Shown here: piece after piece, positions 41,273 to 51,196 of the stretch | How positions within the stretch are numbered: the first letter of the stretch is position 1 | Layout of the letters: the number at the start of each line of letters is the position of its first letter | Source of the DNA: Candidatus Bathyarchaeota archaeon | Lineage (GTDB): Archaea; Thermoproteota; Bathyarchaeia; Bathyarchaeales; Bathycorpusculaceae | Length of the DNA stretch: 64,000 nt | Assembly (NCBI GenBank): GCA_963828195.1 | Contig: CAWHDT010000003.1 | Location: 352,001 to 416,000 of the forward strand | Direction of reading: 5' to 3' | Position numbers and translations under genes: made by a program | Notes under the pieces: model-generated | Database searches by the model: none | What the model was told of the DNA's origin: nothing | What the model saw: the letters and a program-made list of their open reading frames with translations, nothing else

Positions 41273-41419
41273 ATGAATGGAACTATTAAGCGCGGTTGCA
41301 GAACATGCGCAGAGTACAACGCAAGTTACAGTATCTGCAATGACGTTGATGTCGGTGGCGGAAAAAGCTCATTTTTAACTCATGAGACCTGTCCCAAATG
41401 GCATAAGCTTGAGCTATAA
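41273..41419 (+). CDS. 48-aa four-Cys mini-protein
   Basis: MNGTIKRGCRTCAEYNASYSIC...ETCPKWHKLEL; starts 2 nt after the previous stop. Confidence 0.5.
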   Translation: MNGTIKRGCRTCAEYNASYSICNDVDVGGGKSSFLTHETCPKWHKLEL

Positions 41420-41696
41420 ACCCTAAAGATAGTTACGACGCAAATCATTATTCCCATAAACAAAACGCATAGAATTCAATTAAACAATAGAAAAACTGTG
41501 CTTTGTTTTTTGAACACGACTAACGCCACGGATGCTTGCCTAGTTTCTTTTGTTTCGCATCCAATTTTATCTTTACCGTCTAACTATTTAAATTGCAGGC
41601 ACCTCTGCCTAAACTAGTTCACTGCGCCATGTATAATTGATTAAATACATGGGTTCCAATTTTGGAATATTCCGAATTTGGTAATACGCAAAGATA

Positions 41697-42131
41697 TTGC
41701 AGAAATCCATTACACGTATGGGAAAGGAGACGCAAAGCATGAGGACGTTACTGAGCAGAGACACGTTTAAGATGCCTGCCTTCAACTCAAGATGGTTCGC
41801 CTACTCCTACGCCTTCTTAGTTTTTGCGGAGTTTTTAGATGGTTTGACAACGAAGATCGGCTTGGATTTGGGGCTTGTTGAAGTCGGAACTTATGCAAAG
41901 GGCGTTTTGGGCAACTATGGCTTTTGGGGTTTGATGGCTTGGAAATACAGCGTTGTTGCTGCTGCGGGAGGGCTGCTTTTCCTGTTTTATTATTCAGTTA
42001 AAAGATTTGCTCCCAAACGTTTGAAGTATGTCGGGATCATTTTGACCGTCGGCTGCCTAATTGCAGGTGTAGCTTCACTCCAAGTAGTGATCAACAATAT
42101 CGGGCAGATCGAGCTTGCCTTACATCCTTAA
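41697..42131 (+). CDS. DUF5658-like membrane protein
   Basis: FLDGLTT.IGL..G..E motif, three TM helices, late INN; true start may be downstream. Confidence 0.65.
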   Translation: MQKSITRMGKETQSMRTLLSRDTFKMPAFNSRWFAYSYAFLVFAEFLDGLTTKIGLDLGLVEVGTYAKGVLGNYGFWGLMAWKYSVVAAAGGLLFLFYYSVKRFAPKRLKYVGIILTVGCLIAGVASLQVVINNIGQIELALHP

Positions 42132-42353
42132 CATACGATGCATCTTTATTCAAGAGCCCCTAATCTTGAGCTAAAATAAACGTCTCCGTCGTAGTTCCCT
42201 TCTGAAAGCGTCACAAAGAACTTGATAAAATAAATGTACGTTGTGTTTTTGGAATCTTGTTTTCCTGGCTTTGCGGCGCAATGTATTTAAATTCCAACGA
42301 TAGGTATAGACAAACATAACGTGTGAAGCGTAGAAAAAGTTTGGAGAATCGTT

Positions 42354-42602
42354 ATGATACGTGCATTTGTTATGCTTAACGTCGAGACCGGCGCAGAAGA
42401 AAAAGTGTTAACACGCCTCAAGGCCATGGATATGGTAGAGGAAGCTTATGTATCCTATGGCGTTTATGACCTTATTATAAAGATCAAAGCAGATTCCATG
42501 GAAGAATTAAAAGAGGCCGTAATACGTAAAATAAGATCTACCGATCAAGTGCAATCCACACTGACATTGGTGTTGACTGAAGCAACGGCTAATCCCGCAT
42601 AA
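42354..42602 (+). CDS. Stand-alone Lrp/AsnC ligand-binding (RAM) domain
   Basis: AFVMLNVE...YGVYDLIIKI...STLTLV. Confidence 0.88.
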   Translation: MIRAFVMLNVETGAEEKVLTRLKAMDMVEEAYVSYGVYDLIIKIKADSMEELKEAVIRKIRSTDQVQSTLTLVLTEATANPA

Positions 42603-42627
42603 TTTTGAAATCAACGTAAGTGCGGTT

Positions 42628-42873
42628 TTAAGATTGATATGCAATTATGGTTTTTATTATTAATAGCATCAAGATTTCCTCTTCTAATCGCTGTCCAGTA
42701 GCTTTTTTATGGTCAACCATATGCGCTTTTATGGCTTTGTCCATTTCAATTAAGTCGGGGATGACCAAAATATTGGCTCCACATGAACATTTGAAGATTG
42801 GCATTTTACCAATTTTTTTAATTCTCATACCAGAATTTTTTATCTGAATTTTAGCTGGCTCATTAGCCTCCAT
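42628..42873 (-). CDS. Small zinc-binding protein (CxC...HxxxH)
   Basis: FKCSCGANILVIPDL..M..AI..HMVDH. Confidence 0.65.
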   Translation of the reverse strand: MEANEPAKIQIKNSGMRIKKIGKMPIFKCSCGANILVIPDLIEMDKAIKAHMVDHKKATGQRLEEEILMLLIIKTIIAYQS

Positions 42874-43187
42874 CTTATCACCTTAACATGTGGGGTCTGA
42901 AGTATTCTGTATTGAGATTATGTTTACCAGCTGGGATAACGGTTTTTGAAAAGTCTGGTTCGCCAATTTAGTGAAGATGCCTTTGCAAGAAAGCGAAGTC
43001 AACTTGACAAATTTTTGTTATGCCTGCTAAAGTATTTTTGTGCACAGTGGCAGGGGTTTTAGGCTTCAGTGTGCTGTTTAGACCTAAAATTACAGGTTGA
43101 CACTCATAAGAACGGTGCCGTTGCAGAGTTAACATGAGTCGTAAATTGCTCAACATATCAAGGCATGAGCGTCCATTCCCTCTCTGT

Positions 43188-43400
43188 TCAAAGACCTGTA
43201 ATAATGCCGATTATTGTTATGCCAACCGTTATCAAAAACAGCACTCCTGTAGCGAGGGCGGCGTTGCGGAGCTTTTTCTTGTTTATTGTAAGATTCTTCA
43301 GTTGGGAAGACGAGGAAAGTTCGGCTATAATCAGGAGTACGATTGCTCCGACTGCAAGCAGAAAGGTAAGGTCAGAAAATGCTATGGGAGGGAGCTGCAT
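43188..43400 (-). CDS. Small two-TM membrane protein
   Basis: MQLPP...LLIIAEL...NKKKLRNAAL; tightly coupled to the upstream gene. Confidence 0.7.
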   Translation of the reverse strand: MQLPPIAFSDLTFLLAVGAIVLLIIAELSSSSQLKNLTINKKKLRNAALATGVLFLITVGITIIGIITGL

Positions 43401-43402
43401 GT

Positions 43403-44176
43403 TTATTCCTCAAGTATTCGGTATTCTATTCTTGTGGTTTTGGTTTCTTGGTTGTGGGTTTCGTTTTGGATAGTTACGGGTTTTCCTGCAGCTTTGGCTA
43501 AGGCACAGGCGATGGCGCTGCTGAGAAGACAGCCGACTTGCTTATGGGTTTTTGGTTTGGAATCGGTTTGTCGGCAAGCTTCGTCTAATATGCTTCCCGT
43601 TATTTCCGTGGCAACTGTGTCATTTTGGATTTGCATCTCGACATTTTCCGCAAGTTCCAGGTCTACGACCAGTATTTTTGGGAGTTTGACCTGAAGCTGG
43701 TTGAGGTCGATTTTTGTGAATGAAGACCTTAGTTCATCTTCGAAGAGACGTGAGAGAGCCGCTCCAGGCGGAGTGATTAACGCTCCAGTTTTCCCATTTG
43801 TAAGTAGCTTTTCGTATGTTTCTTCAGAGGTAGGCATTGGGGTTTCGTTGGTTTTCGGGATGAATACGAGGCTGGATTCGATGTCGCTGAGGTTTTTGGG
43901 AGGCAAGTAGACTCCTTTCTCGGTTAGGTTTAGCTCCAAGATTACCCGTTCGATGTTTGCTGTGGCTGCTTCGGCAGAAGCGTTTAGCAGCGTTAAGGGC
44001 ACATGCTTGGTAGGAGTAATGTAGAGAAGTATGGCTCCAAAGAAGATAATTGCCACGCCCATTATGGCTAAAAAAGACGAAACGAAAAAAGATGAAACCA
44101 CAACTAACGCAACGCCGAGCGATAACATAGCAATGACGATTATCTGGTTAAAGGTCGTTCTTTTTTGTCGAGACAT
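43403..44176 (-). CDS. Conserved archaeal membrane-anchored protein with Cys-containing C-terminal domain
   Basis: Two N-terminal TM helices, YLPP, ITPPG, VGCLLSSAIACALA. Confidence 0.75.
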   Translation of the reverse strand: MSRQKRTTFNQIIVIAMLSLGVALVVVSSFFVSSFLAIMGVAIIFFGAILLYITPTKHVPLTLLNASAEAATANIERVILELNLTEKGVYLPPKNLSDIESSLVFIPKTNETPMPTSEETYEKLLTNGKTGALITPPGAALSRLFEDELRSSFTKIDLNQLQVKLPKILVVDLELAENVEMQIQNDTVATEITGSILDEACRQTDSKPKTHKQVGCLLSSAIACALAKAAGKPVTIQNETHNQETKTTRIEYRILEE

Positions 44177-44689
44177 TCTAAGGTCACTTTGAATTGGAAT
44201 CTACTTTATCACATGATAACGACTTATTTAAAAAACAAGGTTCTTTTAATAGAATAATTGATTGGCTCAATTAATGGTAACAAAAATTAGACGTTCTATC
44301 TTAGCCCTATGAATTTTTAATCTATTTTTTATTCTTTAATGTTCTAGAAAACAAGTTTTTGTTTTTCTTCTTACTTTTTATGCTAGATGGAGCTCAGTTT
44401 ACTTCAGAGATCGATGGTTCCTCTGTGTCGGCAGTGAAAAACGGAAAACAGAAAAGGTGAGGTATTTTTGAAAAAAAGCTTTAAGTGGAATAAGCGTTAC
44501 GGGCACCAATTAGAACTGTACTTATGTTGTTCATTTGTGAAGATTGCTTTGTGCAACAACACAGTTTATTAAATCGTAAATCTTCAGATATTAATTTGTT
44601 CAGAAAAAAACGAATAAACAAGCCAAGAAATACCGCGAGGAAGCAAAACGAAAAACCAGTTCTTAGCCGCCCTTGCAGTCGTCATCGTT

Positions 44690-46411
44690 TTGATAGCACT
44701 CTCCATAAGCTCGAGCACCGCATCTCCCCAAACCTCCATTAATATTCAGTCGAACGGAGCTGTACAAGAACCTTCACCTTCACCAATGCCCACTCCAACA
44801 CCAACTCCAACGGAAACCTATTCCTATATCATAAGCGTCTCAGGCTCTAATTACCAAATGACAGATGGAACCACAGAACAAATGGTATTTCAAAGCACAA
44901 ATTCCAGTCAAGTGTTCAGTAATGTAGTTGGAAATTGCTCTGTTGGATCCAGCATTGATGTTGAAAGCGGCGTTTACGCGGTAAATACGGTGTGGACTAT
45001 GATGAACGTCAACAACCTCACTTTAAATTTTGAGGAAGGTGCGACGCTTTTCGCTGGAAACAACCTTGATTCCCCAGTTCTCTTCCTAAACAACACCAAT
45101 AATTGTTTGTTAACAGGTGTAAATATTAATGGCAACTCTGCAAATCAAGCAACAGAGTCATACCCCTATTGGTCCTCTGGACTTTTAATTTTCGGTTCAA
45201 ACGATCAAGTTAGCAATGCATACATTTACGATTGCCGCGTTATGGGCGTTGAAATTGCGGTTGGCGGAAACGTATCTTCTTCTTCCGCTGATAAAGTTGT
45301 GAATAGTACAATATTTGGTTGCGGATGGAACGGCATTGGCATAGGAAACCCGAATATTGTAAACACCATCATTTCAAACAACGATATTAGCGGTTGTAGC
45401 GACGTTGGTATAAGCACTTATGGTACTGGTACTCAGATAATTGGGAATTATGTTCATGACTTGAACGGCACCATAGGTGGGGGAGGCAATGCAGAGTGGG
45501 GCATCGCTGTTGAGGGAGGAAGCAACGCCACAATAACCCAGAACACCGTTCAAAACTGTTCAATTGGAATAGAGGATAGCGGGATGGATTACTGTGTTAT
45601 TTCAAACAATCTCGTGGTTGGCGCAAGTCAAGCCAGGCCTCAATATGGGATTGTATTGTCAGATGGTTACGGTACAAATGGCTGTTATTATAATTCTGTT
45701 ACTGACAATAATGTTACGGGAATATATTGTAATACAACTTTATATTTGGGCGGTATCGGAATATTTCTTCAGGGTGCAACTTTCAATTTTGTAGGTGGAA
45801 ACTACGTTTCTCAGTGCGGGAGCGACGGAATCTACCTTGACTCACCCAGCAATAATAACAATGTGACCCAGAATACATTTTCTGACCAAACTGTAGGTCA
45901 ATACTATACTATGGCGATAGGTGGAAGCGGGATAGAAATAGCTGGAACCAGCAATTACATAAGTCAAAACCAGGCTTTTGACGATCGCTCGGGTTCTTCC
46001 AGAACGCAGCAATATGGCTTAGCTCTGGATTTGGGTGCAGCTAACAATAATCTGACTGGAAATAATGTGTACGGCAACGTAGTGGCGCAGATTTATGATG
46101 TTAATGTTCCTGAGAACATGATGGTAAGCAATGTTGGTTATAATCCGGTTGGTTCTATTGTGAAGCCGATTTCGGGTAACACGGCGTACCTTGTGGATTC
46201 CGGAAGCAACTCCACCTGGATAAGCGGAAAAGTGTATACGAACTCTGGCTCGCCTAAAGAACTGATTATTACTGGCGGAACAGTTTCCGCCGTCGCCAAA
46301 AATGGGGTGACCCTTTTCACAGCGACAGGATGCACGGTGACTCTACAGCCAGAAGACACTTTCAGCATAACCTTCAGTCAAGCCCCAACCATCAGCGTCA
46401 GTGGAGAGTAA
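44690..46411 (+). CDS. Secreted parallel beta-helix (pectin-lyase/NosD-like) protein
   Basis: Repeated GI..N..I.NN turns; PT linker; hydrophobic signal extends upstream, true start probably near 44597 with a frameshift. Confidence 0.85.
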   Translation: MIALSISSSTASPQTSINIQSNGAVQEPSPSPMPTPTPTPTETYSYIISVSGSNYQMTDGTTEQMVFQSTNSSQVFSNVVGNCSVGSSIDVESGVYAVNTVWTMMNVNNLTLNFEEGATLFAGNNLDSPVLFLNNTNNCLLTGVNINGNSANQATESYPYWSSGLLIFGSNDQVSNAYIYDCRVMGVEIAVGGNVSSSSADKVVNSTIFGCGWNGIGIGNPNIVNTIISNNDISGCSDVGISTYGTGTQIIGNYVHDLNGTIGGGGNAEWGIAVEGGSNATITQNTVQNCSIGIEDSGMDYCVISNNLVVGASQARPQYGIVLSDGYGTNGCYYNSVTDNNVTGIYCNTTLYLGGIGIFLQGATFNFVGGNYVSQCGSDGIYLDSPSNNNNVTQNTFSDQTVGQYYTMAIGGSGIEIAGTSNYISQNQAFDDRSGSSRTQQYGLALDLGAANNNLTGNNVYGNVVAQIYDVNVPENMMVSNVGYNPVGSIVKPISGNTAYLVDSGSNSTWISGKVYTNSGSPKELIITGGTVSAVAKNGVTLFTATGCTVTLQPEDTFSITFSQAPTISVSGE

Positions 46412-46788
46412 GTCGGTTTTTTTTAACAGAATTATTCCCGCGATTATCAGGGCTATTAATACAGGATTTTGTGCAGAACGAGTCATTTTCATCTATCGCG
46501 TTACCACATTTAGTGCAGCAAGGCATAACCAAACTCTTGCGTACAAGCGGTTACGGTGTTTCAAATATTAAAAATTAAGTACTGGGCACGAAATGGCCGT
46601 TACAAGGCACTATTTGTAGTTAATCATCCGTTGCCGTCCGTGTAACTCTGAGCTATCATCTGGTGTCTAGCTAATGCCTTCTCATCATCCGGCAAGAACC
46701 ATTTAGCGCCGCAAAGATAAAAGAGTATAGATGCCGATTCATTTTTAGATAAGAACGCTTTTATTTTTCGGTTGAAACCTTATTTTAA

Positions 46789-47376
46789 ATGGAGAAAATC
46801 ACCATGAATTTTGTTGGTAGTCAAACAGAAAAAAACGTGTTGGCGGCGTTTGCAGGCGAGTCTCAGGCAAGAAACAGATATACTTTTTTCGCGAGTGTAG
46901 CCCGAAAAGAAGGGTACGAGCAAATCGGCGCCATTTTCGAGGAAACATCCGCTAACGAGAAAGAGCATGCAGAACTATTCTTTAAACATCTTAAGGGCGG
47001 CATGGTTGAAATCAAAGCTTCTTACCCAGCCGGCGTCATCGCATCAACCGCTGAAAACCTGAAAGCTTCTGCAGCTGGAGAGAAGCTTGAGTGGGGAACA
47101 CTTTACCCCGACTTTTCAGAAGTTGCTGACAGAGAAGGCTTCTCAGATGTCGCGAATACATTTCGGGCAATCGCAAAAGTAGAAGCGTACCATGAAAGAA
47201 GATACAATAAACTTCTTGAAACCATGCAGAAGGGCCAAGTGTTCAAGAAAGATCAGCAGGTTAAATGGAAATGTCGGAACTGCGGTTTCGTCTTTGAAGG
47301 AAAAGAACCACCTGAAAAATGTCCTGTATGCGCTCATCCAAGAGCATACTTTGAAGTCTGGGTTGAAAACTATTGA
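46789..47376 (+). CDS. rbr: Rubrerythrin
   Basis: AFAGESQA, EKEH, EAYH di-iron motifs and C-terminal CRNC...CPVC rubredoxin. Confidence 0.95.
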   Translation: MEKITMNFVGSQTEKNVLAAFAGESQARNRYTFFASVARKEGYEQIGAIFEETSANEKEHAELFFKHLKGGMVEIKASYPAGVIASTAENLKASAAGEKLEWGTLYPDFSEVADREGFSDVANTFRAIAKVEAYHERRYNKLLETMQKGQVFKKDQQVKWKCRNCGFVFEGKEPPEKCPVCAHPRAYFEVWVENY

Positions 47377-47537
47377 TTTATTAGAAGTTAGTTACAACCC
47401 CAAACTCTTTTTTGCTTAATTGTAATGACGCCTCCCAGTCTAACCGCCCGAAAATTTTTCCGTTATGCCCCACCTAACCAAAATTATATTAATAAAAAAA
47501 CCATAATAGCGAAAGGGCGAGAAAATGCTGACTCAGG

Positions 47538-47861
47538 GTGTTAGCGTGGGGAGCAATTGTAATGTCATTAATGTTCGAAATAGGTTTCCTCTTTGTATTA
47601 ACTTTTGTTGGAACACAAGCTAATTATCTTACGTTGATTTTAATCATCGTTGGAGCTATGTCCATAACTGGTTTTTTGTTCCCGTATAACCGGATTATTA
47701 AAGCCAATGCAGCGTACTGCGTTGACAAATCCTTGGACGCCATACAATACTTAAGAAAATTCAAAGGGGCATCCTTCTCGTTTGCTTCTTTTTTTCTAAC
47801 AGGCGGTTTTGCGGCAGCTTTCCTTATTCTGGCACCGTTTTGTTTTTTACCAATCCATTGA
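47538..47861 (+). CDS. Hypothetical membrane protein
   Basis: Three hydrophobic segments. Confidence 0.5.
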   Translation: MLAWGAIVMSLMFEIGFLFVLTFVGTQANYLTLILIIVGAMSITGFLFPYNRIIKANAAYCVDKSLDAIQYLRKFKGASFSFASFFLTGGFAAAFLILAPFCFLPIH

Positions 47862-47881
47862 TTAGCTGTTGAGGGCTTAAT

Positions 47882-48703
47882 TTGGGAAAAGAGTTTGAAG
47901 TATTCAAAAAACCAAGCATGGAAACAAAAATTTGGCGTTACATGGATTTTACTAAATTTGTGTCTATACTGAGCAAAAGCGCACTGTATTTTACCAGAAT
48001 GGACTTATTAGACGACACATTTGAAGGCTCTATTCCTAAATATTTTCATTCCAAAAAGTCAGCAGAAGCCAAGAGGCAACTCAAAGGGATATTTCCTGAA
48101 GATTACAACAAGCGCTATAAAGAGATGCTGAACGCAGAAAAGAAACTCGACCGACTCTTTTATAAGTTCAATAAAGCCAAAAGAAAATTGGCGTTTATAA
48201 ACAGTTGGCACGTTAACGAATCTGAGTCTGCCGCAATGTGGCGATTATACCTTAAAAGCCCAGAGGGCGTTGTTTTTCAATCGACGTTCAACAGATTAAG
48301 TGACTCTTTTATTCAAAAAGGAAACGTCATTTTTGGCATGATATATTACGTGGACGATTATAACAAAGAGTCCAAAGACTTCAGCGACATCAACTTTTAC
48401 CTTCATTCCTTCCCATTCATGTTTAAAAGAAAATGCTTTGAGTACGAAAAAGAGCTTAGAGCCGTAATCTTGACAGAACCAGTAACTGAAAAAGCAAAGA
48501 AGCAGTATTTAACGAAACTGGGCATAAAAGGTATGCCGGAAGGTTTAGATGAGCAAGTCGATTTGCACAAATTAGTTGAAAAAATCTATGTGTCTCCAAC
48601 CGCTGGAGCGTGGTTTGAAGAGTTGGTCCGGTCTGTTGTGGATAAATATGGCTTTAATTTAGAGATTACGCGATCTTCGTTAGCAGATAACCCAACTTTT
48701 TGA
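47882..48703 (+). CDS. DUF2971-like protein
   Basis: IWRYMDF.KF, D.FEG, SWH...ESAAMW..Y and KRKCFEYEKELR motifs. Confidence 0.8.
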   Translation: MGKEFEVFKKPSMETKIWRYMDFTKFVSILSKSALYFTRMDLLDDTFEGSIPKYFHSKKSAEAKRQLKGIFPEDYNKRYKEMLNAEKKLDRLFYKFNKAKRKLAFINSWHVNESESAAMWRLYLKSPEGVVFQSTFNRLSDSFIQKGNVIFGMIYYVDDYNKESKDFSDINFYLHSFPFMFKRKCFEYEKELRAVILTEPVTEKAKKQYLTKLGIKGMPEGLDEQVDLHKLVEKIYVSPTAGAWFEELVRSVVDKYGFNLEITRSSLADNPTF

Positions 48704-48767
48704 CAGCAATTATTTCTTAGAAACATTTGCTTAAATAAAAATGATCTAAAATCAGAAAATGTCTACA

Positions 48768-49823
48768 TTAATGGAAAAGCTGCAAAAGAATAGCTATAAC
48801 CACTAAAGAAACAGCAAAATACGGTGAACGGGCTACAGACTTTAAGGTATCAGTGGGCGTGACGACGGTTATCATTAAAGATAATTCGGACATTGGGTAT
48901 TCCTTTTCACCCCTTCCTGTTTTGATATTTTTTAACGCTGTTAACGCATCTCTAAGATCCTCTTTGCGTTGCACTCTCCCCAAAGACTTGAGGAAGAGTT
49001 GAATTTGATCCGTAACTACGACCAGCCCTTCATCTTTTCCTGCCAGAAATTCGCAGCAAAGTATCTTGCTATATTCGTTTAAACCCTCAAGACTGACAGG
49101 GACGAGCATTGAACGATTGAGATAGTCATTATATGCTTTTAATCCAGTATCAAAAAGACTTGTTAAGCTCTTTATTATTTTCTTTCTTTCCAGATCATCC
49201 TGTGTATGTGTTAGATTTATTGCTTTAACTAAGGCCAATTTAATGTAAATACGAGCCTTCCTGAATCTCGTTAAAGAGCCGAATAGCAAAAAAATCATTA
49301 TAAACAGTAATGCAATCGTAATATTGAGAGAATAATCAGCTAAAGAAAAAAATTCTCCGTTATTTTTGACCCACTGAGGAAAATAAACGCTCAATGACAA
49401 GGAAGCAGCAAACAATAATACGAAAATCGACATTAGAAATGCAACGAAATATATTCGGTATTTATCTAAAAAAATAAGGCTCTCTTGGTACAGTTCCTTC
49501 CTGCCCAATGACCTGAAGATTAAAGCGTGTGTTAAAACTACAACTGCGAGAATAGTTGCCCAAATATAGACTCCTAAAGACACTGGTGTCAAAAAGTGTA
49601 TGATGATCTCAAAAATGGTTAAGAGCATTATGATTATGCTTAGCTCAATGAGCCTAATGTGCTGTCCATACGACTGGTAAAACCTTTCGCTCGGTTTTAT
49701 TCTTCTAAACGCTTCTCTAAGCATAAATGCTAATAATGTTTTAGAGTTAAATAATTTGGCGTCTCTACAGAGTAACTTTTTGCATTGACCGAAATTGGCT
49801 ATATTTTTGAGTGTGATAAGCAC
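48768..49823 (-). CDS. Multi-TM hypothetical protein
   Basis: Four N-terminal TM helices, soluble helical region, C-terminal TM; start probably at MLREAF. Confidence 0.6.
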   Translation of the reverse strand: MLITLKNIANFGQCKKLLCRDAKLFNSKTLLAFMLREAFRRIKPSERFYQSYGQHIRLIELSIIIMLLTIFEIIIHFLTPVSLGVYIWATILAVVVLTHALIFRSLGRKELYQESLIFLDKYRIYFVAFLMSIFVLLFAASLSLSVYFPQWVKNNGEFFSLADYSLNITIALLFIMIFLLFGSLTRFRKARIYIKLALVKAINLTHTQDDLERKKIIKSLTSLFDTGLKAYNDYLNRSMLVPVSLEGLNEYSKILCCEFLAGKDEGLVVVTDQIQLFLKSLGRVQRKEDLRDALTALKNIKTGRGEKEYPMSELSLMITVVTPTDTLKSVARSPYFAVSLVVIAILLQLFH

Positions 49824-49859
49824 TTTTTCACTATTTTCATTGTGTGAAGGGGAAAATGT

Positions 49860-50495
49860 GTGACTGTAATTGTCCCAGAAAAAGAAGAAGTTGAATTAAT
49901 AAATGCCAGTAAGAACATTCTTGCAAAATTTAAAATTGAGGGGCTAACCAGCGGAGCAATCCACGAAATTATTATTGACGACAGAACCGGTAGAGTTTTA
50001 AGCGGTAGCCACCGAAAGAAATCTGACCCAGCTTGGCCTGAGAATCATATCCGCACAAAAAACGAGTTAGAAGCCCAACTCATCATTCTGCACAGCAACT
50101 TCCAAAGGCAAGTTTCCAGCGAGGAAACATGTGTTCATCTGCTAAAAATAGCCGAATGTCTTGAAGCTGAACAAGGGATTCCAAAACACAGAATCGCGCA
50201 GACATTGCTCGAATACTTACCAATGTCGCAGCGCAGAATTCAAGAACTGCTACCACGCGAATACAAAGAAAAACCGCGCACTCCACCAGGAACAAACGCC
50301 CAAAAAATGAACCAAGAGGAAAGAGAAGCCCTCCAAAAGATTGAGGAAAAACTAAAAGAATTAACTGGAAAATCAGTACAGCCTTCCGACGACATGACTG
50401 ATGCTTTATGCCCAAAGACGGTGTACCGTACAGTCCTTATCCATCAAAAGAATGCAAGTGCCAGGGCTGTCAACATGAGAATAATTGCCCTATGA
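49860..50495 (+). CDS. ParB/Srx-like N-terminal domain protein; C-terminus probably frameshifted
   Basis: IIID..TGRVLSGSHR, HSNFQR, HTH-like region; alternative frame from about 50407 gives MPKDGVPYSPYPSKECKCQGCQHENNCP. Confidence 0.65.
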   Translation: MTVIVPEKEEVELINASKNILAKFKIEGLTSGAIHEIIIDDRTGRVLSGSHRKKSDPAWPENHIRTKNELEAQLIILHSNFQRQVSSEETCVHLLKIAECLEAEQGIPKHRIAQTLLEYLPMSQRRIQELLPREYKEKPRTPPGTNAQKMNQEEREALQKIEEKLKELTGKSVQPSDDMTDALCPKTVYRTVLIHQKNASARAVNMRIIAL

Positions 50496-50579
50496 CTAAT
50501 CTTGTATATAACCTTTAATAACTGTTAAGTTTGGGTTGAAAACTACTAACAACCCTTTTTTTATAAAAATCGTTCGTGC

Positions 50580-51086
50580 CTAAACGATATATTTGCCTGT
50601 TTTTTCAAAATCCTTAACAATTTCCATGACACGCTTGGGTGCATTGAATGGTCCCAGCGGAATATCTTTTAGAAGAACCCATGGGCTTTTGCAAGCTAAA
50701 ACCGTTGCAATATGCTGTTCTCCAAAGCATTTTTTGGCGACTTGAACCACCATGTGCCGCACCTCAACCTCAGAGAGTTCCCCGAGGGCATGCAGGTACT
50801 CGTGCAGCAAAAGATTGTAGGTTAATGCGTTCACTGTTGATTTGGAGCTGACAGAGTGCTCAACAATTTCGACGAGCGCGCGGTTCAAAACGATGTTGTT
50901 GGTTCCCACGGGGTAGTACGCTCCAAGCTGAAGAGGCAAATCATCCAGAAACAGCATCATGCCCTCCCTTTTTTTGCCTTGAGCGAACTCCACTGTATCT
51001 TTTACTATCTGCCATACTTGACCGTAATTTTCGGCATTGTCTAGCTGTGAAGCAAACCGATTTTCTGCTTGTGAATCAGCACTCAA
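50580..51086 (-). CDS. Conserved archaeal HExxH metallopeptidase-like protein
   Basis: LGAYYP...IVLNR...LLHEYLHALG. Confidence 0.75.
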   Translation of the reverse strand: MSADSQAENRFASQLDNAENYGQVWQIVKDTVEFAQGKKREGMMLFLDDLPLQLGAYYPVGTNNIVLNRALVEIVEHSVSSKSTVNALTYNLLLHEYLHALGELSEVEVRHMVVQVAKKCFGEQHIATVLACKSPWVLLKDIPLGPFNAPKRVMEIVKDFEKTGKYIV

Positions 51087-51196
51087 AAAGTAAGCTCACC
51101 TTTATGGAAGAGTGAATATGAACTAGGCTTTAAGTTTTGCAGCCCCACACCACAAAAGAAAGGGCCTACCGCAAAACGTAACTTAAATCATTAGTT

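Noticed and set aside
46620-46700. Possible C/D-box sRNA on the minus strand (GATGATGA)
   Set aside because: No properly placed CTGA D box.
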